From Amoebophrya sp. A120 (lineage: Eukaryota > Protista > Dinoflagellata): DNA of 64,000 nt. The stretch covers positions 850,449 to 914,448 of the forward strand of contig CAJINV010000021.1 in the NCBI GenBank assembly GCA_905178155.1, in the 5' to 3' direction. Each line of letters opens with the position of its first letter. Positions within the stretch are counted from its first letter, which is position 1. Below, piece after piece: positions 34,501 to 47,200 of the stretch. The position numbers and the translations under genes were made by a program. The notes below the pieces were generated by a model. It saw only the letters and a program-made list of their open reading frames with translations. It was not told where the DNA came from and did not search any database.

Positions 34501-34822
34501 GTTACAACTGGTGTCCACATCAACACTGCAATTCTTGTATCCACTGCAAAAGTAACATTGTACTACTCGTCGTACTGATTGCTGCACTTAGGATGATATA
34601 TTGCTTTGTTTTTCATCCACACTGAATCAGCAGGACAAATTCCATTTGTCATAAGCACACTTGGATTTGTCATAAGCAGGTGGAGACTTGTGATGCAGGT
34701 CGTACTAGCACGATACTTTTTCTTCTGCAATGCATATAATCTTGTGTCTGCCCGAACTGGCGCCGCCAGTGGTGGTGCTGCAGTTCGGATTATTTATCTG
34801 GTGAGTGTTCTTGTTATTCCCT
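28572..34822 (-). CDS. Large hypothetical low-complexity protein, 13 introners; 5' exon(s) not identified
   Basis: All 13 junctions chain in frame (e.g. NQ|MKNRDE, YTE|SRAW, DDEL|LHSV) to TAG at 28572; most 5' exon begins after a TTTTCAG acceptor near 34823. Confidence 0.75.
28903..29208. mobile_element. Introner family D (degenerate)
   Basis: TATC..AAAAATAACGTCCCCAC ... GGGGACATTTTTGCACAGAATA; decayed duplication; frame restored. Confidence 0.7.
29445..29606. mobile_element. Introner family G
   Basis: Perfect duplication GCTCG. Confidence 0.9.
29653..29937. mobile_element. Introner family L (TIR TAT.A.A.TGCACAACTC)
   Basis: TATAAGAGTGCACAACTCG / CGAGTTGTGCAGTCTCATA; flanks ACAGG/AGCGG. 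Confidence 0.8.
29954..30204. mobile_element. Introner family E
   Basis: TATGGCGTTCTCAAACG left end; flanks TCTAC/CCCAC. Confidence 0.8.
30636..30839. mobile_element. Introner family A (degenerate)
   Basis: TATCCAGTGCAAAAG...CAATGCATA; flanks TACCT/CACCT. Confidence 0.8.
31231..31585. mobile_element. Introner family C (TIR TATC..AAAAATCCCCCCTCCCCATA)
   Basis: Family C body and ends; flanks GTAGC/GCGGC. Confidence 0.85.
31963..32146. mobile_element. Introner family A
   Basis: Flanks TCGTT/TCGGT. Confidence 0.85.
32275..32529. mobile_element. Introner family I (TATCCAAGAAAAAAAC..GTGTAACT)
   Basis: Related to 44452-44660; flanks AGGAA/AAGTA; frame restored. Confidence 0.8.
32684..32991. mobile_element. 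Introner family D (TIR TATCCTGAGTAAAAACGT.CCCAC.CCAGAGT)
   Basis: Flanks GTGTT/GAGTT. Confidence 0.9.
33090..33413. mobile_element. Introner family C
   Basis: Perfect duplication TCGGT. Confidence 0.9.
33480..33786. mobile_element. Introner family F (TIR TATGGAAGCGTCAGGATTGAAATCG.CAAAGTTGAA)
   Basis: Flanks TCCCA/TCCTA. Confidence 0.9.
34054..34335. mobile_element. Introner family D
   Basis: Flanks CTGGT/TTGGT. Confidence 0.9.
34538..34736. mobile_element. Introner family A (degenerate)
   Basis: TATCCACTGCAAAAGTA...TGCAATGCATA; duplication no longer recognisable but frame restored with element plus 5 nt. Confidence 0.75.
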
Positions 34823-35280
34823 GAAAATCTAGTACCATCGTCCCCAATATATTAATCTTCCATTTCCCGCATGACAAGAAGACAAAGTAGAAACTAAATC
34901 CTTGAGCCGATCCTCTCTTCAACTAATCCACCATGTCAAATCCTGGTGTGGAAAACACAAAAACGCCAAAAAACATCTTCACGGCCGAGCATCCTCCTCT
35001 TTCCTCTTCTCCCGGGGGGTCGGTCGCAGTGGCGGTTCATATTTTTATTTTTTTTGGGTTTTTGGTTTCACAAAACAAGGCAATTCAAATGTCTTAGGCT
35101 GCGAGAGCTGCATGGCAAACGCGTTCGCAAATGAAATGGCCTACCGTGACGCACTTTGAGCACCATCCTCAGACATAAGGTCCGTAGCCTGTTAGTGGTA
35201 GCACAACAACAAAAACATCTTCAAACACACATCTTCCTACCATTCTCACGCTAAGTTTAAAGTAGAAGAACAGAATCTGT

Positions 35281-38200
35281 TTATGCATGCTTGTTTGCGT
35301 GATGGCAATTTATTGCATCATGGAATGCAGTAGAAATGGTAAAAGTTCTCAGGGGATATTCCTCCGTCGTTTCGCGCAAGAGGTGGTTGAACTGGGTTTC
35401 GAAGGTGATATACCGGGATGTTGACTTGTTATCATTGTTCCTTTTCTTGGGTGGCCGCTTGTTCAAAATGAACTTCGGGTTTGTATTTTTCTTTGTGCTC
35501 GACGACGAGTTCTTGTTGTTCAAATTTATTTTTCCGTTGGAAGAAGTGCGGCGGGCGCCGGCGGCGGGGGTGGAATTACTAGAATTAGTTGTACTATCTT
35601 TGATATAATTTCTGGTGTTCGTCTTACGTGGAGGAGCTCTTTCTTGAGAAGGCTTACTAATTCTGGTTTTGGTCCTCCTCGTGGAGGTACTATAATTTCT
35701 TGTACCATGATCTTGATCTCCTTTGAGCAGCTCCTGCAGGCTCCTGTTTGAGTTATTTGACGAGTTGATCATACTCCTCCCTCGTCGCGGTCCCATTTGC
35801 AGCAGCTTCGGCCTTTTCATTGTTTTTGTTCCCGATGCTACTTTATTATTGTTATTATTTTCAAGGCCCTCCAAGTGCAACGGCTCTTTATGGCGTTCTC
35901 AACTGTGACATTCTCAGCTGTTGCATGGATTTGTCATGCGAAAGCACCATCATCATCGATCCACACGATCAAGCTGCTTCGCATGACAAATTTGCGAACG
36001 GCTAAGCAGCACCTAAATCTGTTTGGACTTTGTAATGCTACAGATGCAACTTCCCCCCTTTCACTTTTCCCATTCTTGCATCACAAATCCACCTAACAGT
36101 TGAGAATGTAACAGTTGAGAACGCCATACTCTTTGCTGCTCCATTCGAGGTCCGGACCGGATACCCTCCTCGCCGCGCCAGCGCGGCCCGTATGAAAGTC
36201 CACAACGAACCCCCTCATTTGTATGGCTATGAGGCATGAACTGCAATACAAACGCCAGCACACATGAAGTAGCCTATGCAAGCCAAATCTTCTATGTGGC
36301 TAATGTAGTAGAGTACTTACTGTTTGGGCTCCTTCCGGAATTTATTGTCACGCAAGCAGTGCCACAGGGCAGCGACTGGATTTGGGATTTTGCATGACAA
36401 ATGAGGGGGACGAGGGGGAGTTGCGCACTGTCATAGCCCGGCGGCATCTCGTTGTTCCTGGGTAGGTCTTTATTGTCGTTTGGCATCTGATCGAAGAATC
36501 CCCTGTAGTTTTTTCCATGCCCTCTGTCCGGTCCGCTAGAAGTATCCCCGGGGCTCGTGCCCGGCCCCTCGGTGTCGTCGGGTTCTGTCACGTCCCCGCA
36601 GGATATGAGACTGCACAACGGACTCCTCCTGCTCCGCCTCAGTTGTATATTGCATGAGCGGCAATACAAGCGTCAGCAAGAACGCAGGTTTTGCATGAAA
36701 AATTCTTTGCACAGGCGCGTCCTCGTGCCGTTTGGGCCGCTTCCGGAATATCTCATGCAGACAGTGCCACAAGCAACCATAAGTAGCTTTGGGACTTTGC
36801 ATGACAAATGAGGGACACAAGACGAGGGGAAGTTGTTCTTGTGCAGTCTCATACAGGACGAGCTTGTTTCCGCCGACCGGCCGGTCCGACAGCTATCTAA
36901 ATCGGTCGAGGTCACTTGCTGTGCGGTGCAAAAGTACCGTACTCGTACAAATTGCGTTTATGCATTACAAATCTTCTTGTTAAGGCAAAACCGAATTACA
37001 AATTCAATTTGTAATGCTAAGTCAATTTGCAATGCAAATTTTTATACTACCTAGTACGATACTTTTGCAGTTCATACCTGCTGTGCGCGGCAGGGGCAAC
37101 AGCAGCAGCACAGACAACAGGTCAAAAGGAAAGCAAAGCTGAAGAACGCAGTTCCCAGCACTGCACACTGCACCAGTAAATCGCTTTCCTCGCCAAATCC
37201 CTGGAGGAAAATACTGGTCCAATCCTGCTGCTGTATCAAAAGAAAAAATCTCGCCCCCTACGCATAGTATGCAAAAAAGAAATTTGTGAAGATGCTGATT
37301 GTGACCTGTCTTGCACATAGGGCGGCCGCAAGAAATGGGAGCCATTCCGAGCATTTTTCCACGACAGCTGCCCATCTGATGTCAGCACGCGCTTTTGCCT
37401 ACTGCAAAGCTGTCTGCCATGTCTAACTGATAATCTTTTGCATACCAAATCGAAACCAGGCTCAAAGAATAAGTTGTACCTCCGAGCGCTTCCTGCAATA
37501 GTACAGAACTGATTTGTGCACTTACACCAGAGATCCAGCAACAGAGATTTTCTTTTTTGTATGGGGTCGTGGGAGGGGCTTTTTTCACTTTGATATGCTG
37601 CGACGAATCGTTAGCTCCGCTCTGGCTAATATGTTGATTTGCATTCCTACCATCCTCGGTGTCCGACTCTTCGTCACCCAACCCGCCTCCCCCGGCAAGG
37701 TTGCCACCCTGTCCGCGACTCGCCCCCAATAACCCGGCTCCTATCCAGGAAAACAAAAAACACCCATCCGCCTGCATTTTTTGCATGACAAGCAGTGGAG
37801 TTTCTGCATATTTTGCATGACAACTTGGATGGGGATGAGTGTTTTTTCCTGGATAGCTCCTGCCCCCCATCTACTTCCGACAGCGGTGGTCGTAGTCGTT
37901 TCCGCCGCGCCATTGAGAAGGCGGAGAAGAAATTTTTTTGGCCCCCCGCCGCCGCTGTCCAGACCCAGGACGATATCCCGATAGGCAAGACTGGACAACA
38001 GAACAGCGTCCGGGACCTATTGTGAGGAAAAATCCCCCAAACTCCCCATATCGGACAGGAAATTTGTGCTGCTGGATGTAGCGCGTACACAAATTATCGG
38101 TTTGTATTGCTAAAAGAGCGACAAGAGACGCAGTTGTGGCCTTGTTTGGAGACAATTTGTCAACATGCTGTTTCCCACTACTTCCAGTTGCCTCCTGTCG

Positions 38201-41200
38201 CGCTGAAGTAGCTAGATGCAAGGCCTTCCCAGCACGCCAGCCAGCCCTACAGTCCGCATCTTTTGGTGCCTTCTAGCATGACAACAGAACATGATTTGCG
38301 GCCACAAATCAGCATCACAAATTTCCAGTTTGAGTATGAGGTGGGGGGATCTGTTTTGATTTTGATAGCACCCAAGGCTCGAAGAAACCGGCGAAAGTAG
38401 AACTTGTAGATGAAAGAACCGAGGACGAAGATGTTGCCTGTCTCGACCTCGTATTCCGGGCGGCATAACGGAATATGACTCGTGCGAAGCGAAGGAGATT
38501 CTTTTGCAGCTTTGCGTCGGTAAGAAAATGGTGGATCGTCGTGTGGTACACATTTCCGCAAATCACAAATGCGGACGACAGCAGCCCACTTAGAATTTTC
38601 TTTGTGTTCCGCCCTCGAAACTGAATGTTGTCGAAAGGGCCGAGGGGAATGGTGGCGTATCCAATGCAAATATGTCTGCATCTGGAAACTTGTGATGCTA
38701 TGCAGCTGCAAATGATGAATGCTCTGCAAGGCACAGCCAAGCATGAGAAATATTTGCGCGGCTTAGTATTATTGCGCCTTCTGCATGACAAGCTGCGTTT
38801 TTGCATGACAAGCCAAGCAAAGGGTGTCTTCTTGGACACGCGGCGTCACAAACTTTTCAGTCATGCCAGACAAGCACGAAAAACCTTGCATCCTTCCAGA
38901 CCCAGATCGATATTTGCAATGCATATGGCGAGGCCTTTGACAAAAAGTAGCATTCTGCTCGTCACCGTGGCCTGCAGAACACCTGTGTGGAAGGAATGAT
39001 TGATCACACAGGGTCGTGATAGCTCCATTTGCATTTTATTGCCATTGCCATATGAAATAAAACAGAACAAATAAATCAGCTCAACAACTTCTTCTTTTTT
39101 GGTCTTTTACTACATACTTACAGCATTTTTACATACCGTTTAGCGCCCGCTCCCACGAGTTTGCGTAGAGTTCCGTGACCAAAGTGCTTCTCGAGTTATC
39201 GAACGAGAGTGGGTGGTCATACCCTCCGGCGTAGCCGTCGGGCGAGCCGCGATCGCACCGGACCTTGGCAAACTGCCGGTCCGCGCTTTGGCGCAGCTTT
39301 TCCAGGCCGTTCCATAGTTGATCCGGGTCATTCTGCCCCACCGTCAAGGGCAGCATCTTCAAAGGAACATGACTATGATTTCCGGAATTGAGCGACGATA
39401 GCTGGAGCGGTGATACAACCGCTCGCCCCGCTGTCCCTTTCCTAATGACGCCCGGCTGAAGCGTGCGGCGCAACAGAACTGCAAGCGCGTGCGGTTCCCT
39501 GAGAAAAATCTGCTTGGCAACAGACAAAAATCGAGTGTACGCACCAGGTCGAATATCTGGAGGCGGAGTTCTTGTGTAGGAATTCATCAGGGGGGCGCGG
39601 TCCGAGGAAATGTCGGAGGTCGCGCTGCCAGAAGATGAACTACCTGTTTTTTCTGTCTCGGTTTGATGCAGTTCCACCCTGGCCGGTGTAGTGCTATGAT
39701 CTTCATCTGTATTTACGACATGGGTTGATGTTCCACCCGATGAACAACCAGAGCCAGATCCAGCAGCAGCTGCGGCACCCGCACCCGCGGCCCGTAGGCC
39801 GGTCACAGGACTGCATAGATTCTCCGGCACGACCAAAGCTCCTGGCACGGCCGCGCTTTCTTGTTTACGTTCTCCGCTCTCCGCAGATGATCTTCGCGTC
39901 GAGGACGAGGCATTATTCAGTCGATGAGGGCTATGGAAGCGTCAGGATTGAAATCGACAAAGTTAAAAAATTTGCAAAAATTATGCATAAAACCGCTACA
40001 ACCTCCAGTTAGACGCCCATAGATTGAGAAAGTATAGAAGTCGGCACATGACAAATTTCGCCCGTACAACCGGAAGCGAATCTGTCATGCTGTTTAGGGC
40101 CGCAAAGAAGCCCCTCGCTGTCATGCTAGTCAGTAGCCAAACTTCTGACGACCACGACCGTTAGCAGAATCTACCTCGTTTGCATCCTCTGCAGTAGAAT
40201 TGTCGCCTTTTGCGTCGGTGTTGCTGTCGCATTTTATGCGTTAGTACAGGTTGTTTTTTCAACTAAATCGATTTCGACCCTGACAGTGACAGTTCCATAA
40301 GGGCTGCAGCGCAAGCTGGAGAAGCTCGGCACCCTTGCCAACAAACGAGCGATATCAAATGCATAAATGTCTGGGTCTGGAAACTTGTGATGCTAAAAGT
40401 GAGTGATACGCAGCTATGCTTGACAAATTTTTTGGCTGCCATGTCTTACGTATTCCGCATGGCTGCAAACTGCGTTTTTGCATGACAGGTAAGAGGGCTT
40501 TTTCGTATCTATGCAACACAGATTCTCGAGTCATGCCAGACAAGCATGACAAACTTGCACTCATCTTCCAGACCCGGACATTTTTGCATTTGATAAGCGA
40601 TGCTGAGCCTACGCCGCGGCTGCGCGTTGGTCGCCTGACGCGGCCCAGAAATAACAGAAGACCCAGATAATTCATGTGTCCATGGTGCGTGGCCTGTAGA
40701 AGTCCCAGAAATAGCAGAAGAACCGGGTAATTCACGTGTCCATGGTGCTGCGCGGCCTGTAGAAGTCCCAGAAATAACAGAAGAACCGGGGGATAAAGAT
40801 AATTCCTGTGTCCATGGTGTGCGGCCTGTAGAAGGACAAACAGAAAAAAGAGAATCACCGGATAACTCGCGCGTCCATGCGCTGCGCTGATGACCAGTGC
40901 TCGGCTGTTGTGAGAGGACAGCAGGGTCTGCATTCAGCAGGTATTGTTTATCGTAAGGAAAATAAATCCCCCCTCCCCATATCGAAGCGGTATGCTTCCG
41001 AAAATTTGCGTTGCTGATTTGAGGCCACAGATCGCATTTCTGTTGCAAGAAGACAAGGGCAGAAGCTTTCGCCCCATTATGGAAACGATTTGTCACGCTG
41101 CTGGGACTAAAGGGGAGCCGTTTGCCATGCTGAACAACTAGACCCATACGCCCCTGCCTACCCTGGGGATCTGGCCGCAGTGCCTCTCTGCAATGCAAAG

Positions 41201-44200
41201 CTGATTTGTGTACACAAATCCAGCATCAGAAATTCCGTTTTGATATGGGTAGGGGGGATTTTTCCTTTCGATATTGTTCCTGCACCAACATGTCGGACCG
41301 CGGCGCGGTGGGGCCAGCAGCAGAACTAGTAGTACGACCTGGTAGAAGTCCACCTGCTCCCCGGCGAGCAACCCCACCAAAATCCTGATCGCCCTGCGGC
41401 GCGGCCCCGGCACTGAGCAAAAAACTTCTCCCCGTAGGGGCCGGGGGGCAAGCATTGGCGCGAGCAGGAGCTTTGGCCGTTGAACAACTACCGGCAACGC
41501 TAGCACCACCTCATCTATCAGATTCGCAAGCGTTATACTCTCAGCTGTTACATCATGATAAATTTTTTGTCTTGCAAAACTAGTACCATCAGCATCCACA
41601 CGATCAAGCTGCTTCGCATGACAAATTTGCGAAGGCGGGCTCAAGAACAATATTGAAATGATATGTGTCGAATTTGTAATGCTAGAGGCACAATTTTTAG
41701 AATTCTCCAAGTACACCCTTTGACTTTTGCCATTCTTACATTTTTCCAAATCCATGTAACAGCTAAGAATGTAAAAACGTTCGAGAACTACGCCATAACC
41801 TCCGGTAGAAGTTTGTTGTGAATTCAGTCGGGCAGATCGGTTGCTGATTTGTTTTGCCATTCTTCTACTTTGGCTGCTCATCTGTCTGGAGGTCATGGGC
41901 GTCATGTCGTCCAAGTGACCTATTAGAATGAAAAATACCCCCACCCCAGAACCTCCTGGCAGCACTTGTATTCCGTCTCGCATATATCAGCATCACAAAT
42001 TTGCCATGTTGAATAACTCAAATTTGTGTTGCAAAGAAGCCCAACAGCAGCCGGCGCCGGGTCTGTCATGCAATAAAAGGCACCTTGCTCACCTAGATTC
42101 TGCATCAGAAAGGCTCGTAGTCCTTTCATGCAAGACAAAAAGCTTTCCTTTGGATACATTGCATGAGAAACTTTTGCAAATTCCGGGGTCGGGGCATTTT
42201 TCATTGTAGTATCACTGGAGCCTTCGTCGACATCTTGTGGTGGGTGCGCCAAGTCGTAACTGGCTGGCAGTAGGTTCACGGCCACGGCCCACGTCCTCCA
42301 TGCGCCCGCCCCTTGTTCATCTGGGGAATTATCGTTGATCGCCGGCACAGGAGGCTCAGTTGTACCACAACCGCCTGTGGTGCCGGCGTTGTTCATCAAG
42401 GTGGTGCCGTCCTCCCCGCCGGCGGACATCACCTCCTCGCTGTTGTTACTAGTAGTACTGAGCGAGCGCAGAATCGCCAGCACCTGCGGGCTCCCTTGCC
42501 CAAACTTCGCGATGGTTGTCTCCAGGACGGCGATTACAAAGTCCTGTCTGCGCCTCCGGTCAAACACCCGGAAGGCATCTACTTCCAAGGTGGTCGGGGC
42601 ATTGTGGACGTCGCCGGCGCTAGAAGTGGTTGATGTCTGAAACGGCCTATTGAGGGAATTATGCAGCACCTCGATGTACTGCTGACCCAAGTAAGCGGAG
42701 TTGCAGAAGAAGTGCTATCAAAAGGAAAAATCCCCCCTCCCCATATCGAAAGCGTATCCGTCTGAAAATTTGTGATGCGCATTTGCGACCTCAAATCCTG
42801 CCTGTCTTGCAAGAAGGCAAGCCTAGAAAGCGTTCCGCATTTTGCAGGCGGTTTGTGATGCTGTTTGGCTTAGAGCATACACGTTTGCCATGCTAGGCGC
42901 CTACGTCAAAACCTCTCGACTGAGGCTTGGCATATGCCTGCACTCCTCTACTGCAAGACAAATCTGATTTGTGTATGGAAATCCAGCATGAGAAATTCTG
43001 TTTTGATATGGGGAGGGGGGATTTTTCCTTGTGATAAGTGCGAGTAATGCTGGATGCGCTTCCCCACGACGGATTGGAAGTATCAAATGTAAAAGTGTCT
43101 GGGTCTGGAAGGTTACAAGGTTTGTCATGCATATTTTGCATGAGTCAGGATGTCTGTAATGCATGATCTAGCATCACATATTTTTCGAGGCCTTCTTGAT
43201 GCCTATCCCGCATGACAAATGCCCTCCCCGCGTAGCACAAACTGGGCTCCTCTTGCTGGTCATGCAATACAGATTTTTTTAGCATCCAAAGTTAGCATCA
43301 CAAGTTCCAACCTTCCAGACCCAGACATTTTTACATTTGATAGGAAGAGGTTGGTGCCAACAGTAGACGGTGTTGGAACAACGGCTCCTTCTATCAAACA
43401 AAAAAAGTTCGTCACGATCACACATGCGCATTTTTGCAATACAAAACTGTTTGTCATGCGTAAAAATGCATCACAGCCAAACTTTATTAGGGATTTCCCT
43501 ACTAGTGTTTCTGCAATACAAGGAAAATTTGTGATGCTAAGAAAATTTGTAATGCAAACCCTGCAAATTAGTGACTGTGATAAACTTTTTCCTCTCCATA
43601 CCTTCAGCCACCTGCCCTGGAGGTAAGATCAAGTGTGGCGTCGGTCCAGGACGAGGACCCGCGGATTGCTCAGCATGATGCTCCGCCTGCCGTGGTCCTC
43701 CGAAGGGACCACCTCCGCCCGAAACAACGTCGTCTTGTCCGGCGTCGCGATTGGGACTCCGATGCTTATTTCCGGCCGTGCGGCGCGCGACTCCCGGAAG
43801 TAGCCCGGGTTTCTTCACAAGAAGAGCTTCTCGTGGTTCCGGTGATGAAGTAGTAGAAGATGTTGGTGGCAGTGGCACAGCTCTAGCCCCGGATGCAGCA
43901 GCCGGAAATGACGTTGAAGCGAACGTCGCTTTGCCTTTGCCTTTATCATTATCTTTATCGCCCCCACCACCATCTCCTTCATCTTGTAGCAAAAGGAGCG
44001 GCGACAGACTCATGCGCCCGAAGAGCGGGCTGCTGGGGATGAGTTGTGAGGCGAGCGAACCCGGCACGCGGGACGCAATATTGAGAGGAAAAATCCCCCC
44101 TCCCCATATCGAAAAGGCATCCTTCCGAAAATTTGTCTTGCTGATTTGAGACCACAAATCACGTCTGTCTTGCAAGAAGACAAACGCAGAGGCTTCCGTG

Positions 44201-47200
44201 CCATTATGGAAGCGATTTGGCATGCTGTTGGGCCTAGAGGGCAACCGTTTGCAATGCGAAGCACCTAGACCCAAATGTCCCTCCCTCGGCTGCGGATCTG
44301 GCTGCGATGCCGCATTGCAAGACAGCGCGCATTTGTGTACACAAATCCCGCATCACAGATTTCCACTTTGATATGGGGAGGGGGGATTTTTCCCTTTGAT
44401 GCGCAATTTTCCACACCTCTGCGGGCCTGGTGGTGATGTCGGACTCGAGCGTATCCAAGAAAAAAACGCTATAGGTGTAACTTTTTTGGAGGAACAGCAT
44501 TACAAATTTGTCTGGCATGACAGCAAAAACCTGTCATGCGCAGACAGTACGCGAAAACACCCTTTAATGGGCCCTAGGATGCATGCCAAGCATGACAGAC
44601 GCAATCATCTTGCATGCTGCGCATCACAAATTTACACTAACAACGTTTTTTTCTTGGATAGAGCGACGGCCCGTCCGCCGAGCGCTTCGCCTCCACGTGC
44701 ATGTAGCGGCCAAAGAAGTCCGACCGCGTTATGGGATTCTCAATTCATTGTTACATTCTCAACTGTTACACGAATTTGTGATGCTAAACCGACCGAAACC
44801 ACAAACGCAACCCATTTTAGGGCACCTTTCCGCAAATGGTCAGGCCACCGGGTCGCGGCGTCAGGCGGACCGAAGCCATCGCCATCACATGAAAGTGTGA
44901 TGCAAGAATGGTCACAGGGAAAGCCCGGATCTTGTAACTCTTGCGTTGCAAGTTCGTCACAGCTTCCCATGCTGTTTAGCCCTTCCAAAATTTGTCATGC
45001 GAAGTAGCTTCACCGTGTGGACATTGATGCTCGTTTTGCATGACAAATCACGGAACAGTTGAGAATGTAACATTTGAGAACGCCATACGCTTGCGCCGCA
45101 GCAGGCCTTTCGTCTCGGCGAGTTTGGTCCCCAGGGTGTTTTTGATCCGGTTCTTTTCTACCATTTCATGACGTTGCGTATTTTTATCATCTCGATCGTC
45201 CTCTACCTCTGATGTCTCGTCCACCAAACCGATTCCCTGGTACAGCATGTTGTTTGCGATTTCGGACGTGAAGAAGTATTCTTCACAGTGTGTGTTGACA
45301 TTGGAGGACGCGAGTTGTGCATGACCTTGCTCAGGACTGTTTGTGTTTTCGTCGCGCTGCTGTGCAAGAAGAGCTGCTGTAGTTCTTCTAGGAGGCGCGG
45401 CTGCCGATCTTCCTGCTGTCTCGCGTTCATCTCGTCCAGCTCCTCCAGGAGTCCGGCACTTGACCAGTGTGGTGGTGTAGGAGGTGAATTCCTTCATCAT
45501 GCGCTTCAGTTTGGACTCCGCTCGAAACGTGGTCACGAAGCCGATCAGGAGTTCGATGCTCATCTTCACGTCTGCCAGCTCGAACGCGCACACCTGCAGA
45601 AACTGGCGGTTTACCAGTTTCAGAAAGGTGAGCAGCTCCCCATTCTGGTGCTCGTCCGGAGGCCGGATGACCAGCAGGGCGCTTTTATCCTGAGTAAAAA
45701 CGTACCCACGCCAGAGTTGTAATGCAGATTCGCAAAGACAGGAAGACTTGTAATGCGCATCCCCATGAGAGCTATTTCCAGTCCTCGTGTTTTGGAATTT
45801 GTGATGCTGTGAACAGGATGAGCAGATGAATCTGTGATGCGGCTGCACTTGCTAACCTGCACTACACTGCAGAGTGCAACTTGTCATGCGTGACTCACAA
45901 AACTCCTAGGTTTGTGTTGCAAAATCCCCATCCTGACTCTGGTGTGGGTACGTTTTTACTCAGGATAGCTTTGACTCTCGGACAGTTGCCCGGGGAGGTC
46001 GTCCCCGGGGAATTGCTCCTCGTCGCTCGTCCCGTCCTCGCTGCCGCGAATGTGCTGAATGATTTCCACTTGTCCAGCGTCCGGTGGATTCTTGGTTTTT
46101 TCTCGCCGCATCTCGCGCGCAACGTCAACCAACATCGGCACCACCGTTTCATTTTTGTCCGGCTGCTGGTCCGCGAACGCCTGCTTCGGTTTCGTGACGA
46201 GGACGTGCTGCGTCTTTGTCTTCACAGGAGCGGCCGCAGGTCGTTGTTGCGGAGATGCTGGTGCTGACGCCCCCCTGCTGGAGGCGGGAGCACTGATGTT
46301 GACCACAGGGCGGGGCACGACGCGCCCCGCTGCCTCGGATAAAAAGAATGGGTTACCACGGCTAGAAGACCTGTTCGTCCTGGCGCTCTCGTCGTCTGGT
46401 TCCCCGAAAGACGCGCCGGGTGAACTACCACGCTGGTCGTGCTGCAGTAAAAACTGCTGATCGCCCGCTCCTGCGGCCGTCGCCTCAAAAGATGCGTGCG
46501 GAGGTCGCGGTGGTCCGGGGTACGAGGATGACCGCCCCGGCGGATCGGTTCGTCCTGGTTGTTGATGCTGTTCTTGAGCCAGTTGTCGCCCCAGCCGGGA
46601 AAGACGAACGGCGGCAGGGGCAGGTACAACCTCCGTTCTTTCCTCGTACCCCACATCCATCAGATTTGCGCTGGCAATTTTCTCGTCGATTTTGGGGCCC
46701 GCTTCCTCAAAAATCTGTGTCTCCATAGACTCAACCTTCGCCAATTGTGTCAGATACGCGGTGATCACTGCCGCGCTTTCTAGGTGGTAAATCTGCTCGA
46801 AGTGCAGGGTCACAAACTCGCACCACGCACTCACGGCCTCCACCCAGAGGGGACAGCGCTCGGCTAACACCTCCGGGCTGTACCAACGCGCCAAAGACCT
46901 GTTTGCGTTTTATAAAAAGATAGTAAAACAAGGATAAAATGCATTCTGCTGACAAGTAGAACCGCTCCGGGCTGCGCCAAAATCAAGACTGAGTACGAAG
47001 ATCATATTCATAGTGTCAAAACTACTCACAAAGGACCACTTCTCGACGTCGTAAATACAATCTCCACTTCCAAACGCCGTCTACGAGACGAAAGAATTCT
47101 ACGTACATTCATACCTCATCTTTGCCCTCCGTTCGACCGCGGCCGCGGCGGGTCCGAGGGGAAGCAAGTGCGCGTCTCTGGGCGCGGAGCTGTACAAGTA

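Noticed and set aside
41138-41983. 281-aa ORF and similar ORFs reading through introners (recurring peptides such as KNPPSPYQ, FVMQ, CMTN)
   Set aside because: These are translations of TIRs and the shared internal motif, not protein repeats.
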